Of a stretch of DNA of 62,000 nt, positions 39,135-52,599 are shown piece after piece (positions within the stretch are counted from its first letter, which is position 1; every line of letters begins with the position of its first letter). Below the pieces are notes generated by a model. The model was not told the origin of the DNA. It searched no databases and was given only the letters and a program-made list of their open reading frames with translations. Where the stretch lies: contig OX597815.1 of assembly GCA_951406725.2 (NCBI GenBank), positions 35,670,001-35,732,000 of the forward strand. The letters are read 5' to 3'. Made by a program: the position numbers and the translations under genes. This DNA comes from Octopus vulgaris. Taxonomy: Eukaryota.

Positions 39135-39670
39135 ACTCAGAAGATGAAGTTGGTCAAAAAAGCAGACTCGCTATTTTCAATTCGGTTTTCGTGGCTATCC
39201 TCACCTATGATCATGTTTGTTGAGTAATGACCGAAAAAAATACGATCGCGAATACAAACGGTCAAAATGAGATTCCTCCGGGGGAGCTCTAGAGTAACCT
39301 TACTCGACAAGGGGCGTAGCTCGGAGATGGTGAGTCTATCCGGATCAAGCTGCAATTTCTCCTTACTGAGAGGTTGCAGTTCCAGTACTGCGGAGAAGTG
39401 ATTGGAATATCGCAGGAAAGAGTCGCAAGACGGATTCGTCAAGCCAAGACAACCGGCAGAAGACCTATAAGTAAATGAAAAATGATATGGTTGGATAATA
39501 TTCATAACCTCAGTTGGCTGCGATTGGGAATCCTGCCGGAAAGTGTAATAAAAGTCACTTCTGATAGGATCCTATGGAGGTGTTTGAGGACTCTATCCCC
39601 CACGGCCCTCCTAGAAATAGAGGGCGGAGAAGATGGATGAATGGATGGACGGACGGGCGGACGGATGAAT
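39135..39670 (+). mobile_element. Decayed RTE-clade (Expander/Rex3-like) LINE 3' end
   Basis: LAIFNSVFVAILTYDHVC*VMTEKIRSRIQTVKMRFL..., ending in a (GATG)n/(GACG)n tail. Confidence 0.85.
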
Positions 39671-40377
39671 TAATAGTATTTTATAACCATATTATTCATT
39701 AATGCTGCACTTATTGCCACCCAGTAATTGTTTCTATGCGATGCAGTGTTATAATTGTAACAATTTGGTCATGTAATTGTTATATATTACTTACAAATGT
39801 AACGGATACCGTGCTTATTAGTATTGATAATAGATTAGTTAAAACTTCATTAGACAGTGTGATACACACCTAATGAATGAACAGAAGGTAAAAATAAATT
39901 CTTAGAGATTTTATTCATGTCATAATTCATCTTGTTAGAGATAGCGTGCGGAGGCTGTTGTTGCTGTTGTTGATGTTAAGCAATAAGACGGGTGAGGGTG
40001 ATTAGGTGATGGTCTACGGTTTAGGGACGGGAGACCCCAGACCTTGAAAAAAAAAACAAAAAGCTTTGGTCGTCTTGTTGTAGTCGAGGGCTCTTCGTTG
40101 ACGCCCGACATCACTGGAAGGTGGCCCTCGAAATCGCTGGAAATGGAGATCTCCAGGTCCAAATTCTAGGACGGCGCGTGCGGAGGCTGTAGTAGTCGGC
40201 TGTTTTACAGTGATAAGAGAATGATAGTAATGAGTTGCATAACTTTTGGCAATGTTTCTGTCAGATGTAGGAACCAGAAAGAGATAGGCGTTCTAGGAAA
40301 AGATAGACACGCGAGAAAGAGATATACATGTTCATTTGCCGAAGTGTCAGACAATAGAGAGAAGCATGTTCCTCTGG

Positions 40378-40610
40378 CGTGGAGGCGCGTGGCTTAGTGG
40401 TTAGGGTGTCAGCATCATGGTCGTAAGATTGTGGTTTTGATTCCTGGACCAGGCGACGCGTAGTTTTCTTGAGCAAAACACTTCGTTTCACGTTCCTCCA
40501 GTCCACTGGCAAAAATGAGTAACGCTGCGATGGACTGGCGTCCCCCGTCCAGCTGGGGAACACATACGCCATTGAAACCAGGAAACCGGGCCCGTGAACC
40601 TGGTTAGGCT
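40378..40610 (+). mobile_element. SINE family D (tRNA head, V-domain-like core)
   Basis: GGAGGCGCGTGGCTTAGTGGTTAGGGTG head and GCGATGGACTGGCGTCCCCCGTCCAG core. Confidence 0.75.
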
Positions 40611-41552
40611 TTATTTATTTTTTTAATGTTCCTCTGGCAAAGTGCCAAGTGAAAGAAGAAATGTTCCTCGGGTAAGATGCCAAGCAAACCAGAGAGAAAA
40701 GATTTTGTTTGGGTTCAGTATTTACACATGTTCGAAAGTTAAAAATAAGTCGGGAAGACAAAGGTGAATGTGTTTATCTGTATTGAACACGATTTAACTT
40801 AAGATGCTCAGGAAAAGAATAGTACTTATCTAAGTTGAACGGATTATGAAAGCTGACTCTCATAAATTTCCAAGTTCGAATGCCGAAAACAATGGAAAGT
40901 AGCTTACAGAAAAATTTAGACTAAGGTTTTGATTGCTGGCTAAGAATCTAGGAAACCAATCGTTTGAAGTCTCTCTGATGTCCAACCTGTTTCTGTATCT
41001 CTTTTATTGTTTAGTTCCAGATTAGTTCCAAACAGGAGACATGTGAGCAAAAGCGTTTCAGCCATGACCACTTCGTCTTTATTCCATACTTTTTTTTTCA
41101 GTAATAGTGTATCTAGAACTCTATTATCTTCATTTTTGTTTTAAGACGTTAGAGTGTTATATGCGAGATATTTAGCTGTTATTTGTAGCAAATCGAGCCA
41201 CTGCATAGATGCCTTCTTTTTAACTGTTATTTCTGTGATTATGTGCTTTTAAGTTCTCTATACTTGATAGGAAATGTAGATCTATATTTGAATCAGAGGA
41301 TTCTCCTTGCAGGACGAAGCTAAAAATAGCTCGGTGATATTTGACCGGCTATTACCGTCTTATCGGAAGTGTCTACATGTATTCAATTAAAAAAAAAAAA
41401 ACACAAGTAATTAACTGCAAATGAAACATACGAGTAATACGAGTAATTTTCATATTTGCTTTTTGGTATGTTCACTGGCTACATATAATGTTAATTTATA
41501 ACTAAGTACTGACACAGCAGGGTGTGGATTAATTGTTTATTAGTCTGTATAT

Positions 41553-41602
<50 letters not shown>

Positions 41603-42299
41603 ATGCGTGTGTGTGTGTGTGTGCTTTGGGTGTGGGTGTTGGGTGCATTCAGCTTCACTGCATAAATAGATCTGTGTCATGAGATTTTATACCACATCCG
41701 TTTGTTTCGTAGTCTTTGAATCGAGTTATCATAAAACATCTCCACAATAATTGTTTTCTTACAAAGATATAATAATGCTTAAGGTTTATATCAGAGGGAG
41801 AATGAGAATATGTGGCGTTCATGCTTGTTTTAAAAGTACTAATGAAAGTAGATCTGAAATGATGACAACAGAGACACGAAAATGCGTCGAGGACACGTTA
41901 AACTAAGGCTACGCAGTCAAGTTAAAGTAAACGTAATTAATAAAACGTGATGGGTTTATCCCTACCAACAGACTGCACATTCTGATCTCTAAAATATGGC
42001 CGGAAAATGTCATCTGAAAACTTGACCCAATAAATCCTGTATTCGCAACTATCTAAAGAAAACGACTTTTCCCAAGCTATAAGATCCCACAAAGTGAAAT
42101 CTAAAAATACGGGATTTAAACTACGAACGTTCATCGCTAACTAAGGAATATCAGAACGATGGAGGTCAAATAGTTATAAAATGTATAGTCGTTAGCGATC
42201 GACAGCGTCGTGTGTGTGATGGACTCTCCCGTCGAAAACAACGAATGAATGCTCAGCTTTTGCCGAAGGATCTACACAAATGATTTCTTTATAGTGATC

Positions 42300-42755
42300 A
42301 AATGTTCTTGCCGCACATTAGCTCATTCTCTCCATCAAATCGACGTTGTCTGAACAGGTACACTGTGGACCACGTAGGTTTCAGCCCTAATATTAAACAT
42401 ATTAAACTCCTGCCTTCGCTTGTACACTCAGGTTGTCCGAATCCGAAGGTTGACTTTGACGTAATACAAAGGGCACAGCAAAGATAAGAAGAAAGAACAT
42501 GGGCGCAACTTGGTACTCCATTATTTCTCTTGTTGCATGTTTCAGTATTCGGCAACACATAACTTCACACTATGGATACAACCAACAGATACAGCTTATA
42601 CGCTCAGCATGGAGCAAACACATCGTCAGACACTTGAAACAATTGGAATAAAGGAATACCAAGTTATGACCTTGGTCTTTTCTCTTTGGTAGTGCTAATA
42701 AGTTCAGGTAGAGCTATTAGGTTAGACATGACCTTGGCCAATCTTCGGCCGAAAC
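42300..42755 (+). mobile_element. Decayed CR1/L2-group LINE 3' end
   Basis: 42706-42755 matches the 3' UTR of the intact LINE (about 43/51 nt by manual alignment). CPNPKVDFDVIQRAQQR resembles P..K.D...IERVQRR. Confidence 0.65.
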
Positions 42756-42809
42756 ACATATACATATATATACATAGTGAAAATTTACAAAAGACAAAAA
42801 ACGAAGACG

Positions 42810-42867
<58 letters not shown>

Positions 42868-43507
42868 TATACATAGTGAAAAATTACAAAAAACAAAACA
42901 CGAAGACGGGTATATATATATATATATCATTTAACTACGGTAGTAGTTGAATAATATCCTTAAGGCCGCAATTAACTCACACGCAGCATTTTTCAGAGTT
43001 TGTTGCTAATTCTATGCTCAACCAAATTGAAAACTGTTAACATTTTTGAAGACAACTGGTCCCTAGCTACAAGTCTGCCCTCTCCACGATACCGATGTTC
43101 ATCGAAGGAAGACAGCGCCATCTGGAGTCGAGATTGTTTCGCATTTGTGTTGTCACAGACATTACTATCAGAACCCGAAGAGTCGCCACAGGTACTGTAG
43201 GGCATCTTGCCCGATCCTCTTGAATTGCTGCTTTATTATTGACCCCGAAAGGACGAACGGTAAAGTTGACCTCAGTGGGGTTTGAGTGAACTCATAGAGC
43301 AGAAAGGCAGAATGAAAACCACGTGACATATCATCCAACGCGCTAACGACTCAGCTACTAAGCAAACAATTGACAGAGTCGTTAGCTACTTCCGTCTAAA
43401 TTCCCAACACGAAAGTTGTTTAAAATTACCTTGAGAAATTGTTTGCGCGTCACACAATTACAATTCCTGTCTTTATTATCCACGAAGTTGTTGCTGAGAA
43501 ATCAGTC

Positions 43508-43588
<81 letters not shown>

Positions 43589-43740
43589 ATTGTTCTTTAA
43601 GCCGACGTTTATCTAGGTTAAGCAATCCTATGATCGAAGACACTCTCACCATATTTAGGATATCTCGGACATCACCAATTGAACCGCCTTTGTTCAAGGT
43701 GATGGGTACATGTATAAATACATACGTACATACATACATG

Positions 43741-44595
43741 CAAGGTCTGACCAACAAGTATCCGGACTGTTGCTGTAGTAACGACGCTAAAGCACGGAGT
43801 GTGAAACGGCTTGGCATAGATTGACCTTGAACTCTGCTGTACATGAGCATTAAGTTTTAACGCCCTAGCTCACTTCTGCTGTTTGCAGCAATGCTTGGAA
43901 GGAACGTGTGTAACGTGTGATCATCGCATTGACCATGACAGAGAAAGCTGAGCAGAGAATCTGCATCAAATTTTACCAAAAGCTTGGCGATACCGGCTCA
44001 GAGGACTAGGCAAAATTTTCAAAAAGTTTTCATTGTTCTCAACACAATCAAGGAGATCTTGTGCAACTGAAACCCGAGTGTCTTTTTGGGCAGCTGAAAG
44101 CAGTTTTGGCACAAATATCACAGACATGCGTCTCATACCCAAATCTTCAGTGATAATGGACTGGACCGAACCGTAACTAATCTGCATATCTTCTGATAAC
44201 ACACGGATGGTGATTCGACGATTTCCCTTCACAGCTGCATGCACATCTGCGATATTTTTGTCTGTTCTGCTGGTTGCGGGTCTTCCAGAACGTTCATCAA
44301 TATCGACATTTTTTTCGGCCATCTTCAAAACGTCTGAATCACTCGTACATTTGTGTACGGTTCATACACTTCCCTCCATACACTTTCTGCAAGTTTGAGC
44401 AGGCCTCTGAGCAGGTATTGCCATGAAAGCTCTCTCTGTCATAGTCAATGCGACGATCACACGCTACACACCTTCCTTCCAAGTATTGAACATGCACAGC
44501 AGAGTTCAAGGTTAATCTGTGCCAAGTGATTTCAATCTGCGTACTTTAGCTTCGTTACTATGGCAACAGTCTGGATACTTATTGATCAGGTCTCA
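43741..44595. mobile_element. Mariner-derived element made of two inverted 5' ends
   Basis: Left arm: TIR + MTEKAEQRICIKFYQKLG. Right arm (minus): TIR + HTH region ...DERSGRPATS...RRITIRVL...FVPKLL. TA after 44595. No DDD domain. Confidence 0.88.
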
Positions 44596-44623
44596 TACAT
44601 ACATACATACATACGCGCGCACA

Positions 44624-44670
<47 letters not shown>

Positions 44671-44689
44671 TGGCTGTCACTCGATTTCG

Positions 44690-45022
44690 AGCAATGCCAT
44701 CTCTTGATTGTTCTCTAAAACAGGAGTAGCATAGATGTGACTTTTCAGTTTTACTAGAGACTCTTTTGCTGAACGGCTAAGTTACGGGGCTGTAAACAAA
44801 CGAGTACCGGTTGTCAAGTGGTTACTGGGGTAAACACAAATACACACACACATACATGCATATATATATATATATATATGATGGGCTTCTTTCAGTTTCC
44901 GCCTACTAAATCCACTCACAACGCTTTGGTCGGAGCGAGACTACAGTAGAAGAAACTCCTCCTAGGTGTCACGTAGTGGGATTGAACCTGAAACCATGCG
45001 GTTGAGAAGTAAGCTTTTTTTT
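44690..45022 (-). mobile_element. SINE family A, diverged
   Basis: Family-A consensus. Confidence 0.8.
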
Positions 45023-45604
45023 ACCGTACACTCACGCCTCTGTATGTGTGCGCGCACGTGTGTGTGTGTGTGTGTGTGCGTGAGTGTGTTTTTTTATCTT
45101 TTCGGCAAGGGAGAAGGTAGAGTCCATGGACTGTAAAAGTGCCACCGACACTGATGTAAGGGACGAAGGGAGAAAGGGATTTTGTATCTTCAAACTGAAG
45201 ATCTAGCGCCTGAATGCTTGCAACAAAGTGGACTCCATTAAGGGAACCTAAGTTGACAGACAATGGTGCTGAAACTCAGCGGCAAATTCAAGTACAAACA
45301 TGAGTATGCATGTATATATATTTATGTATGCAAGCATGGATACATGTATACATGTAGGTATGAATGCGTGTATGTATTCATGTAAGCATTATGTATGCGT
45401 TTATGTATGTATGCACACATGTATGCATGTATGTATGTATGTATGTATGTATGTATGTATGTATGTATGGTATGTATGTATGTATGTATGCACACACATG
45501 TATGCATGTATGTATGTATGTGTTTATGTAGGTATGTATGCATGTATATATGTATGTGTTTATGTAAGTATGTATGCATGTATATATGTATGCACGTATG
45601 AATA

Positions 45605-45640
<36 letters not shown>

Positions 45641-46339
45641 TGTACGTACGTATGTCTGTATGTATGTATGTATGTATGTATGTATGTATGTATGTATGGA
45701 GTATGGAGCTCATTATTTCTTGAATCTGTGTTAGACTCTACAGTATACGATAGACAGACATTGCCTTGACCTTAGTCTGCACAATTTTACTCCACTATTA
45801 CTATAACTGCATAACGAAACAAAAGACCAAGTTCTGCTAAACTAAAATATTATAATTATCACACCATACGTTACACTAGTTTACTTCAATATCCGTATTT
45901 CTCTTTCAAATATTTACATTTTAATTTAGTGCTATGCCTTAAACACAAAGATTACAACTGGCTGTTTTTTTCGTACAATGTAGTAGTTTCTTTATTCTTT
46001 TGTTCTTGCTCCACTCATTACTAATTGTTATGGCACACTTCTTTGAAATTTCTATTGTTTAAGTTACATGGCTTGGCTTTTATCTAGTTACCGTCGTAGA
46101 AGAAATTTGGCTGCGGAGAAAAAATAAATCATTAAACCGTTCCTTAGAGTTATTTTTCCCGGCACAAAAGCGAATAAATACATATGTTAAAAAAAAAAGG
46201 AATAAAAAACTGTTATTTATTTAGTTTGTTGTGACCTTGTATTGTTTTATTTTCCAGTTCAATCCTACATGTTTTCCATGATGTCATTTTACTTTGTGTT
46301 CTAATTTGTTACTTATTTACTTCTATATTTTTGTTCAAA

Positions 46340-47342
46340 GGAAGGCGGCGAGCTGGCAGAAACGATAGCACGCCGGGCGAGGTGCTGAGCGGTGTTTCGT
46401 CTGCCGTTACGTTCTGAGTTCAAATTCCGCTGAGGTCGACTTTGCCTTTCATCCATTCGGGGTCGATAAATTAAGTACCAGTTACGCACTAGGGTCGATG
46501 TAATTGGCCTAATCCGTTTGTCTGTCCTTGTTTGTCCCCTCTATGTTTAGCCCCTTGTAGGCAATAAAGAAATAAGAAACGTTAGCACGCCGGGTAAAAT
46601 GCTTAGCAGTATTTCGTCTGCCGCTACGTTCTGAGTTTAAATTCCGCCGAGGTCGGCTTTGCCTTTCATCCTTTCGGGGTCGATAAATTAAGTATCAGTT
46701 ACGCACTGGGGTCGATGTAATCGACTTAATCCCTTTGTCTCTCCTTGTTTGTCCCTCTGTGTTTAGCCCCTTCTGGGTAGTAAAGAAATAGGTATTTCGT
46801 CTGTCGTAACGTTTTGAGTTCAAATTCTGCCAAGGTCGACTTTGCCTTTCATCCTCTCGGAGTCGATTAAATAAGTACCAGTTACGCACTGGGGTCGATA
46901 TAATCGACTTAATCCCTTTGTCTCTCCTTGTTTGTCCCCTCTGTGTTTAGCCCCTTCTGGGTAGTAAAGAAATAGGTATTTCGTTTGTCGTTACGTTCTG
47001 AGTTCAAATTCCGCCGAGGTCGACTTTGCCTTTCATCCTCTCGGGGTCGATTAAATAAGTACCAGTTACGCACTGGGGTCGGTATAATCGACTTAATCTG
47101 TTTGTCTCTCCTTGTTTGTCCCCTCTGTGTTTAGCCCCTTGTGGGTAGTAAAGAAATAGGTATTTCGTCTGTCGTTACGCTCTGAGTTCAAATTCTGCCG
47201 AGGTCGACTTTGTCTTTCATCCTTTCGGGGTAGATAAATAAAGTACCAGTTTCGCAATTGGGTCGTTGTAATCGACTTAATCCTTTTGTATGTCCTTGTT
47301 TGTCCCCTCTATGTTTAGCCCCTTGTGAATAATAAAGAAATA
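46340..47342 (+). mobile_element. Head-to-tail pentamer of SINE B inside one TSD
   Basis: One full unit, one head-trimmed unit and three ~184-bp units. TSD TATATTTTTGTTCAAA at 46324-46339 and 47343-47358. Confidence 0.93.
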
Positions 47343-47575
47343 TATATTTTTGTTCAAATTTTAATTTATTTTATTTTTTTCTTGGATTTAATGATTGTAT
47401 ATGACCCTAGGTTAGTTCGGATCGAACGGATTTATGATCAAAAATATTCCAACTGCAAGAGCACCGACACTTTTTTCTCAGATATTGTTTATCCTTGGCT
47501 TACCTTATTTAATGTATCCTTCCTCGCATGGCTTTTAAGATAATAGGCAAGATCGGCGCGGGCAGGATGTTATCT

Positions 47576-47808
47576 ATTTCTTTACTACCCACAAGGGGCT
47601 AAACACAGAGGGGACAAACACATACAGACAAACGGATTAAGTCGATTACATCGACCCCAGTGCGTAACTGGTACTTAATTTATCGACCCCGAAAGGATGA
47701 AAGGCAAAGTCGACCTCGGCGGAATTTGAACTCAGAACGTAGCGGCAGATGAAATACGATTACGCATTTCGCCCGGCGTGCCAACGTTTCCGCCAGCTCG
47801 CCGCCTTC
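47576..47808 (-). mobile_element. SINE family B (B1 tail)
   Basis: Degenerate TSD CGGGCAGGATGTTATCT / CGGGAGGATTTTATCT. Confidence 0.9.
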
Positions 47809-48189
47809 CGGGAGGATTTTATCTCCAGCAAGTCGAACGACAACGTTGAGGTTCCTTCGAGGGCTCTGCTTTTTTTTTTGTTGATGTTCTTTTCATTAAT
47901 TTTGTTTTACAGTTATTTTACGACAGACGAGCCTAATATTCTTAGTCATGATCATTCTGTCTAGAGACAAATTCATATATTCTATTAAAATATATTTCAA
48001 TAGAATACATGTCACGAGGACTTTTTTCAGCTATTATTTTTTCCACTATAACTATTCCACTATGTAAAAAGTCCGACTCGGTGCAGTCACCAAAGTGGAA
48101 ACACTAAAACTAATGTTTTTAAAGTTAATAATTGACAAAATAACACATCATAGCTTTTTAATATTGTTTTAAATATGCTATGCCGGGCA

Positions 48190-48365
48190 AAATGCTTGGC
48201 GACATTTCCTCCGCCTTTACAATCTAAGTTCAAATTCCGCCAAGGTCGACTTTGCCTTTCTTCCTTTCCGGGTCGATAAAATAAGTACTAGTCGAGCACT
48301 GGGTGAATCTAATTGATTTAACTCCTCCTCCGAAATTTCTGGTCCTGCGCAAAAATTTGAAATTA
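48190..48365 (+). mobile_element. SINE B2-tail variant
   Basis: Family-B body with CTCCTCCGAAATTTCTGGTCCTGCGCAAAAATTTGAA tail. Confidence 0.75.
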
Positions 48366-49154
48366 ATATTTTAAAATATGCCGTTGTTTTTTTTTTTAAT
48401 AAAATTTTCATTAAATATCTAGTATATTTATACAATGATACAATTTTTCCGCTGTTACGAACAATAGCCGTAGATACACCCCTGAGCACACCCTGAGCAA
48501 GATACACCCCTCACTCCAAAACCTTTCAATATATTGAACTTAGTGTTTGTATCACAAATCATTAGCATACGAAGGAAGTAAAGTGGAAGAATTGTGTTTT
48601 TGTGAATAACAAAAGCTTGCCGAGAGTAATACGTAGACCACACATCCTGTTTGAATGATTTATTATTTTTTATAGTATTTAGCATGCTCAAATAGGAAAT
48701 AAGAGAGATATATAATGGTTTCGAATTTAGACACATGACCGAGAAGTTTAAGAGGAGAAATTAATCAATTCCATCAACTCCATTACATGACCGATACTTT
48801 ATTTTAATGACTTCTTAAAGTTGATAGGCAAGGTTGACCTCGACGAATCTGGACTCAGAACATGAAACTGGTGTGTACCGAAAAGTATATAATGAATGGA
48901 AACACAATAGGTTGTGATACAAGGGTGGAAACACGTGTCAGTATAGGAGAGACGTCTGGAAATTCTCCAAATTTTCTTGGCTATGACACTCCAATGATCC
49001 GGTTAGTGCGCACGCACACACCCGCCCACCCAAACACGCATACACAAAATTTAACATTAAAGATAAAGATGAATTCCGCGTACGTCGCTGCTCAGTGGAG
49101 CCAAATCAATCTATAAGTTATCCCCAAAATAAGAGAAGCCGTTCATTCTTTTTA

Positions 49155-49186
<32 letters not shown>

Positions 49187-49191
<5 letters not shown>

Positions 49192-49553
49192 TAGTATATT
49201 TTTTATATCGTGCTTTCACTTCACTACCGAGCGCAGCTCTGTGTGCCTTAGGTATGTGCTGTGATTTGTTGTGATGCTCTAATGGTTATTGTATGGAAAG
49301 TGTTCTGCGTAGGATGTGTGCAGTGCCTAGTAGTGCAATTTTCTGTATGTTATATGTGTTTGTAAGTCCTGGTGTTTTTGTTATGTATTTGTCTGAATAT
49401 TTTTTTATCATGCCTAATGCACCTACTATGATAGGAATTGTTTCTGTTTTTAGATTCCACATTCTGGTTACTTCTATTTCCAGGTCTTTGTATTTTGAGA
49501 GTTTCTCCATTTCTTTTAGAGACACGTTGTCATCTGCCGGTATTGATACATCA

Positions 49554-49555
<2 letters not shown>
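49187..49555 (-). mobile_element. Dong/R4-like non-LTR 3' fragment 1 (RLE C-terminus)
   Basis: IDVSIPADDNVSLKEMEKLSKYKDL...IPIIVGALG...QKIALLGTAHILRRTL*. Flanked by (TAA)n. Confidence 0.88.
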
Positions 49556-49597
<42 letters not shown>

Positions 49598-49611
49598 CAT
49601 TATTATTATTT

Positions 49612-49839
49612 CTTTTTGTCACAGGTTTTGTTGGAACTCCTGCAGTCTTGTATGCGTAGCGGGTTTGCTACTAGCAGCATACAGTACCATGCTATCCGTT
49701 CTTTTCAGCTATCTAATACTTTCTTGATTATTCTGATCGTGCCAAGGAGACAAACCTTTTATATCAGTTCTACAGGACACTCTATTCCAATTTCCTTGAT
49801 ATCCCTCTTGATTCTTTCTGATACTGTTCCCAAGGACCC

Positions 49840-49840
<1 letters not shown>
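49612..49840 (-). mobile_element. Dong/R4-like non-LTR 3' fragment 2
   Basis: GSLGTVSERIKRDIKEIGIECPVELI*KVCLLGTIRIIKKVLDS*, then 3' UTR and (TAA)n. Confidence 0.8.
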
Positions 49841-49915
<75 letters not shown>

Positions 49916-49916
<1 letters not shown>

Positions 49917-50900
49917 GACGTCGCACAGTATACAATATCGTGAGGTTGTTGATTGGAGATTTCTGTCTACTGGGGGTTTTACTGTTTGTCAAGTCATAAC
50001 AAGGACCTCAGACAGACAGTACTTTACGCAATATGCGTGCAGTTCCAAGTAATGCTGACTTTTGCAATGCATCAAGATTGTAGGGTATTTCTAAGGGTTT
50101 CAGATATCTTTTCAGGCTGGGTGGTATTGAACCCAATGCTCCAATGACAATAGGGATAGACTTTATGTTTGACTCTCGTAGCTGCCACATCTTAGCGATC
50201 TCAATTCTCAGGTCTCCATATTTATCACCTTTTCTCTTTCTTTCAGGATGATATGTTGATCCCCTGGCACTGCCACGTTCATTATTAGGCACTCTTGTTT
50301 GTCTCTCCTAAAGGTTAATATATCCGATCCTCGGTGCTCTAACACCTTGTCTGTCTGGAAATCAAAGTCCCAGAGGATTTTTGCCTTCCCCTTTTCGTCC
50401 ATTACCTTTTTTGGTGTATGTTGGTACCAAGCACCCGTAACCTCATATCCATACTTACGGCATAGTAGCCAGTGGAGGTTTGGGGCTACCTTGTTGTGTC
50501 TATGCTTGTACTCTTTCTGCGTAAGACTTTCACAAGCACTAACAATGTGAGTCACGCTTTTGAACCGCTTCCCACATATTTTGCCGAGGATCGATGCACT
50601 CGTATGGTATATATTCTTTTTCACTGAGTTGGTATTCAATGCATGGTCCTGGACAGCGATGATTAAGCTTTCAGTATTCTTTTTTAGGTCACCCTTGTTG
50701 AGCCACTTCCATGATGCTTCCTGGTCTTTTAATTTGTTGGTTTCACGGTGGAACTGACCATGTAATTCCATACGGAGTAGAGTTTCTTCTTTCTCATTGG
50801 CTGTCCTTGATCGGAATTCATGAGCGCTTCCAAGTTCATTTTTGTTTACTCCTTCTGCACCAGCAGCATATTATATCCAGGCCATGCATAAGTTTTTTGG
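49916..50900 (-). mobile_element. Dong/R4-like non-LTR 3' fragment 3 (CCHC + RLE)
   Basis: LHGQF...TESLIIAVQDHAL...CGKRFKSVTHIVSAC...YKHRHNKV...KILWDFDFQTDK..., frameshifted to ...IVIGALG...QKSALLGTARILRKVL*. Confidence 0.9.
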
Positions 50901-51098
50901 TACCGTTTACAGTTCTTCATTATAACCTTGATGAAATAACCGAAATACAACTACTTCAACAAAAAATAACTTCCAAAATACAGAATTTTATCAACAACGC
51001 TTAGAGTAAAAGATGTTTTGTGACACATTCTACTAGTATACGAAGTTTGAAAGTGTTTATATATATATATATACATACATATATAAACGCACATGACC

Positions 51099-51171
<73 letters not shown>

Positions 51172-52017
51172 CGTGTGCACAAGCATGTGGCTGTGCAATA
51201 AGAAGTTTGCTCCTCAACCACATGGCTCCAGGTACCGTCCCACGGCGTGACACCTCGATCAGATGTCTTCTACTGTTGCAACGGTTAAACCAAAGCGCTG
51301 TGGGCGGATTTGGTAGGCGGAAATTGAAGGAAACCCATCATACAAATATATATATTTATATATATATCCCGAGGAAGGTCTTAGGGTTTCCGCAGCCACC
51401 TACCCTTCGTGCCCAAGTCAATATAGACTTGTACAGCTTACGGAAAAGAGCTGTCTCCATAAAAGCGTCACCAGGGTGGACCGTCTCTCCCCGCCTGCCT
51501 TCGCTACTGATGCATGCACGCGCACATACATACAAACATATATACATACTTGCATACATACATACATACATACATACATACATACATACCTGTAAAGGCA
51601 GATATACACACATATATACACACACATACATACATACGTGCATACATACAGACAAACCTTCGTATACACACACACACACATACACATATATATAGGCAAA
51701 AATATACACACATACACGCATACATACATGCATATATACACACATACACACATACATACTTACATACATACATACACATACATACACAAATACATACAAA
51801 CAGCCATACGTATATGCATGTATACATACACACATACATACATACATAATTCATACATACATACATACATACATACATACATACATACATACATACATAC
51901 ATACATACATACATACATGCATACATATCCAATCCATCACTGGAACTGTATTTGTGTTTGTACGTATGCAATTATGCATGTATATGTGTTTGTGTGTATG
52001 TATATTTTTTTAATTCT

Positions 52018-52270
52018 ATTATTTGTTTCAGTCATTTGACTGTGGCCATGCTGGAGCACTGCCTTTAGTCAAGCAAAACGACCCCCCAGGATTTATTCTT
52101 TGTAAGCCTAGTACTTATTCTATTGGTTTCTCTTGCCGAAACGCTAAGTGACGGGGACGTAAACACACCAGCATCGATTGTCAGGCGATGTTGAGGGGGG
52201 TGCAAACACAGACACACAAACATATGCATACACACACACACACGCACACACATACACACACACAAATACA

Positions 52271-52328
<58 letters not shown>

Positions 52329-52490
52329 CGACGAGCTTCTTTCAGTTTCCGTCTACCAAATCCACTCACAAGGCTTTGGTCGGTACAAGGCTATAGTAGA
52401 AGACACTTGCCCAAGGTGCTACGCAGTGGGACTGAACCCGGAACCATATGGTTGGTAAGGTAGCTACTTACCACACAGCCACGTGCCTAT
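52018..52490 (-). mobile_element. SINE family A, full length
   Basis: Family-A consensus. Confidence 0.9.
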
Positions 52491-52512
52491 ATATATAGAG
52501 AGATAGATAGAT

Positions 52513-52599
<87 letters not shown>

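Noticed and set aside
42380-42520. Signal-peptide-like minus-strand ORF MEYQVAPMFFLLIFAVPFVL...
   Set aside because: Under 40 aa and antisense to a LINE remnant.
45090-45295. Possible exon in a unique, GC-richer patch
   Set aside because: No recognisable homology or convincing splice-site pair.
46340-47342. CRISPR-like or rRNA-type array
   Set aside because: The units are whole SINE bodies with no unique spacers. Eukaryotic context, no cas genes.
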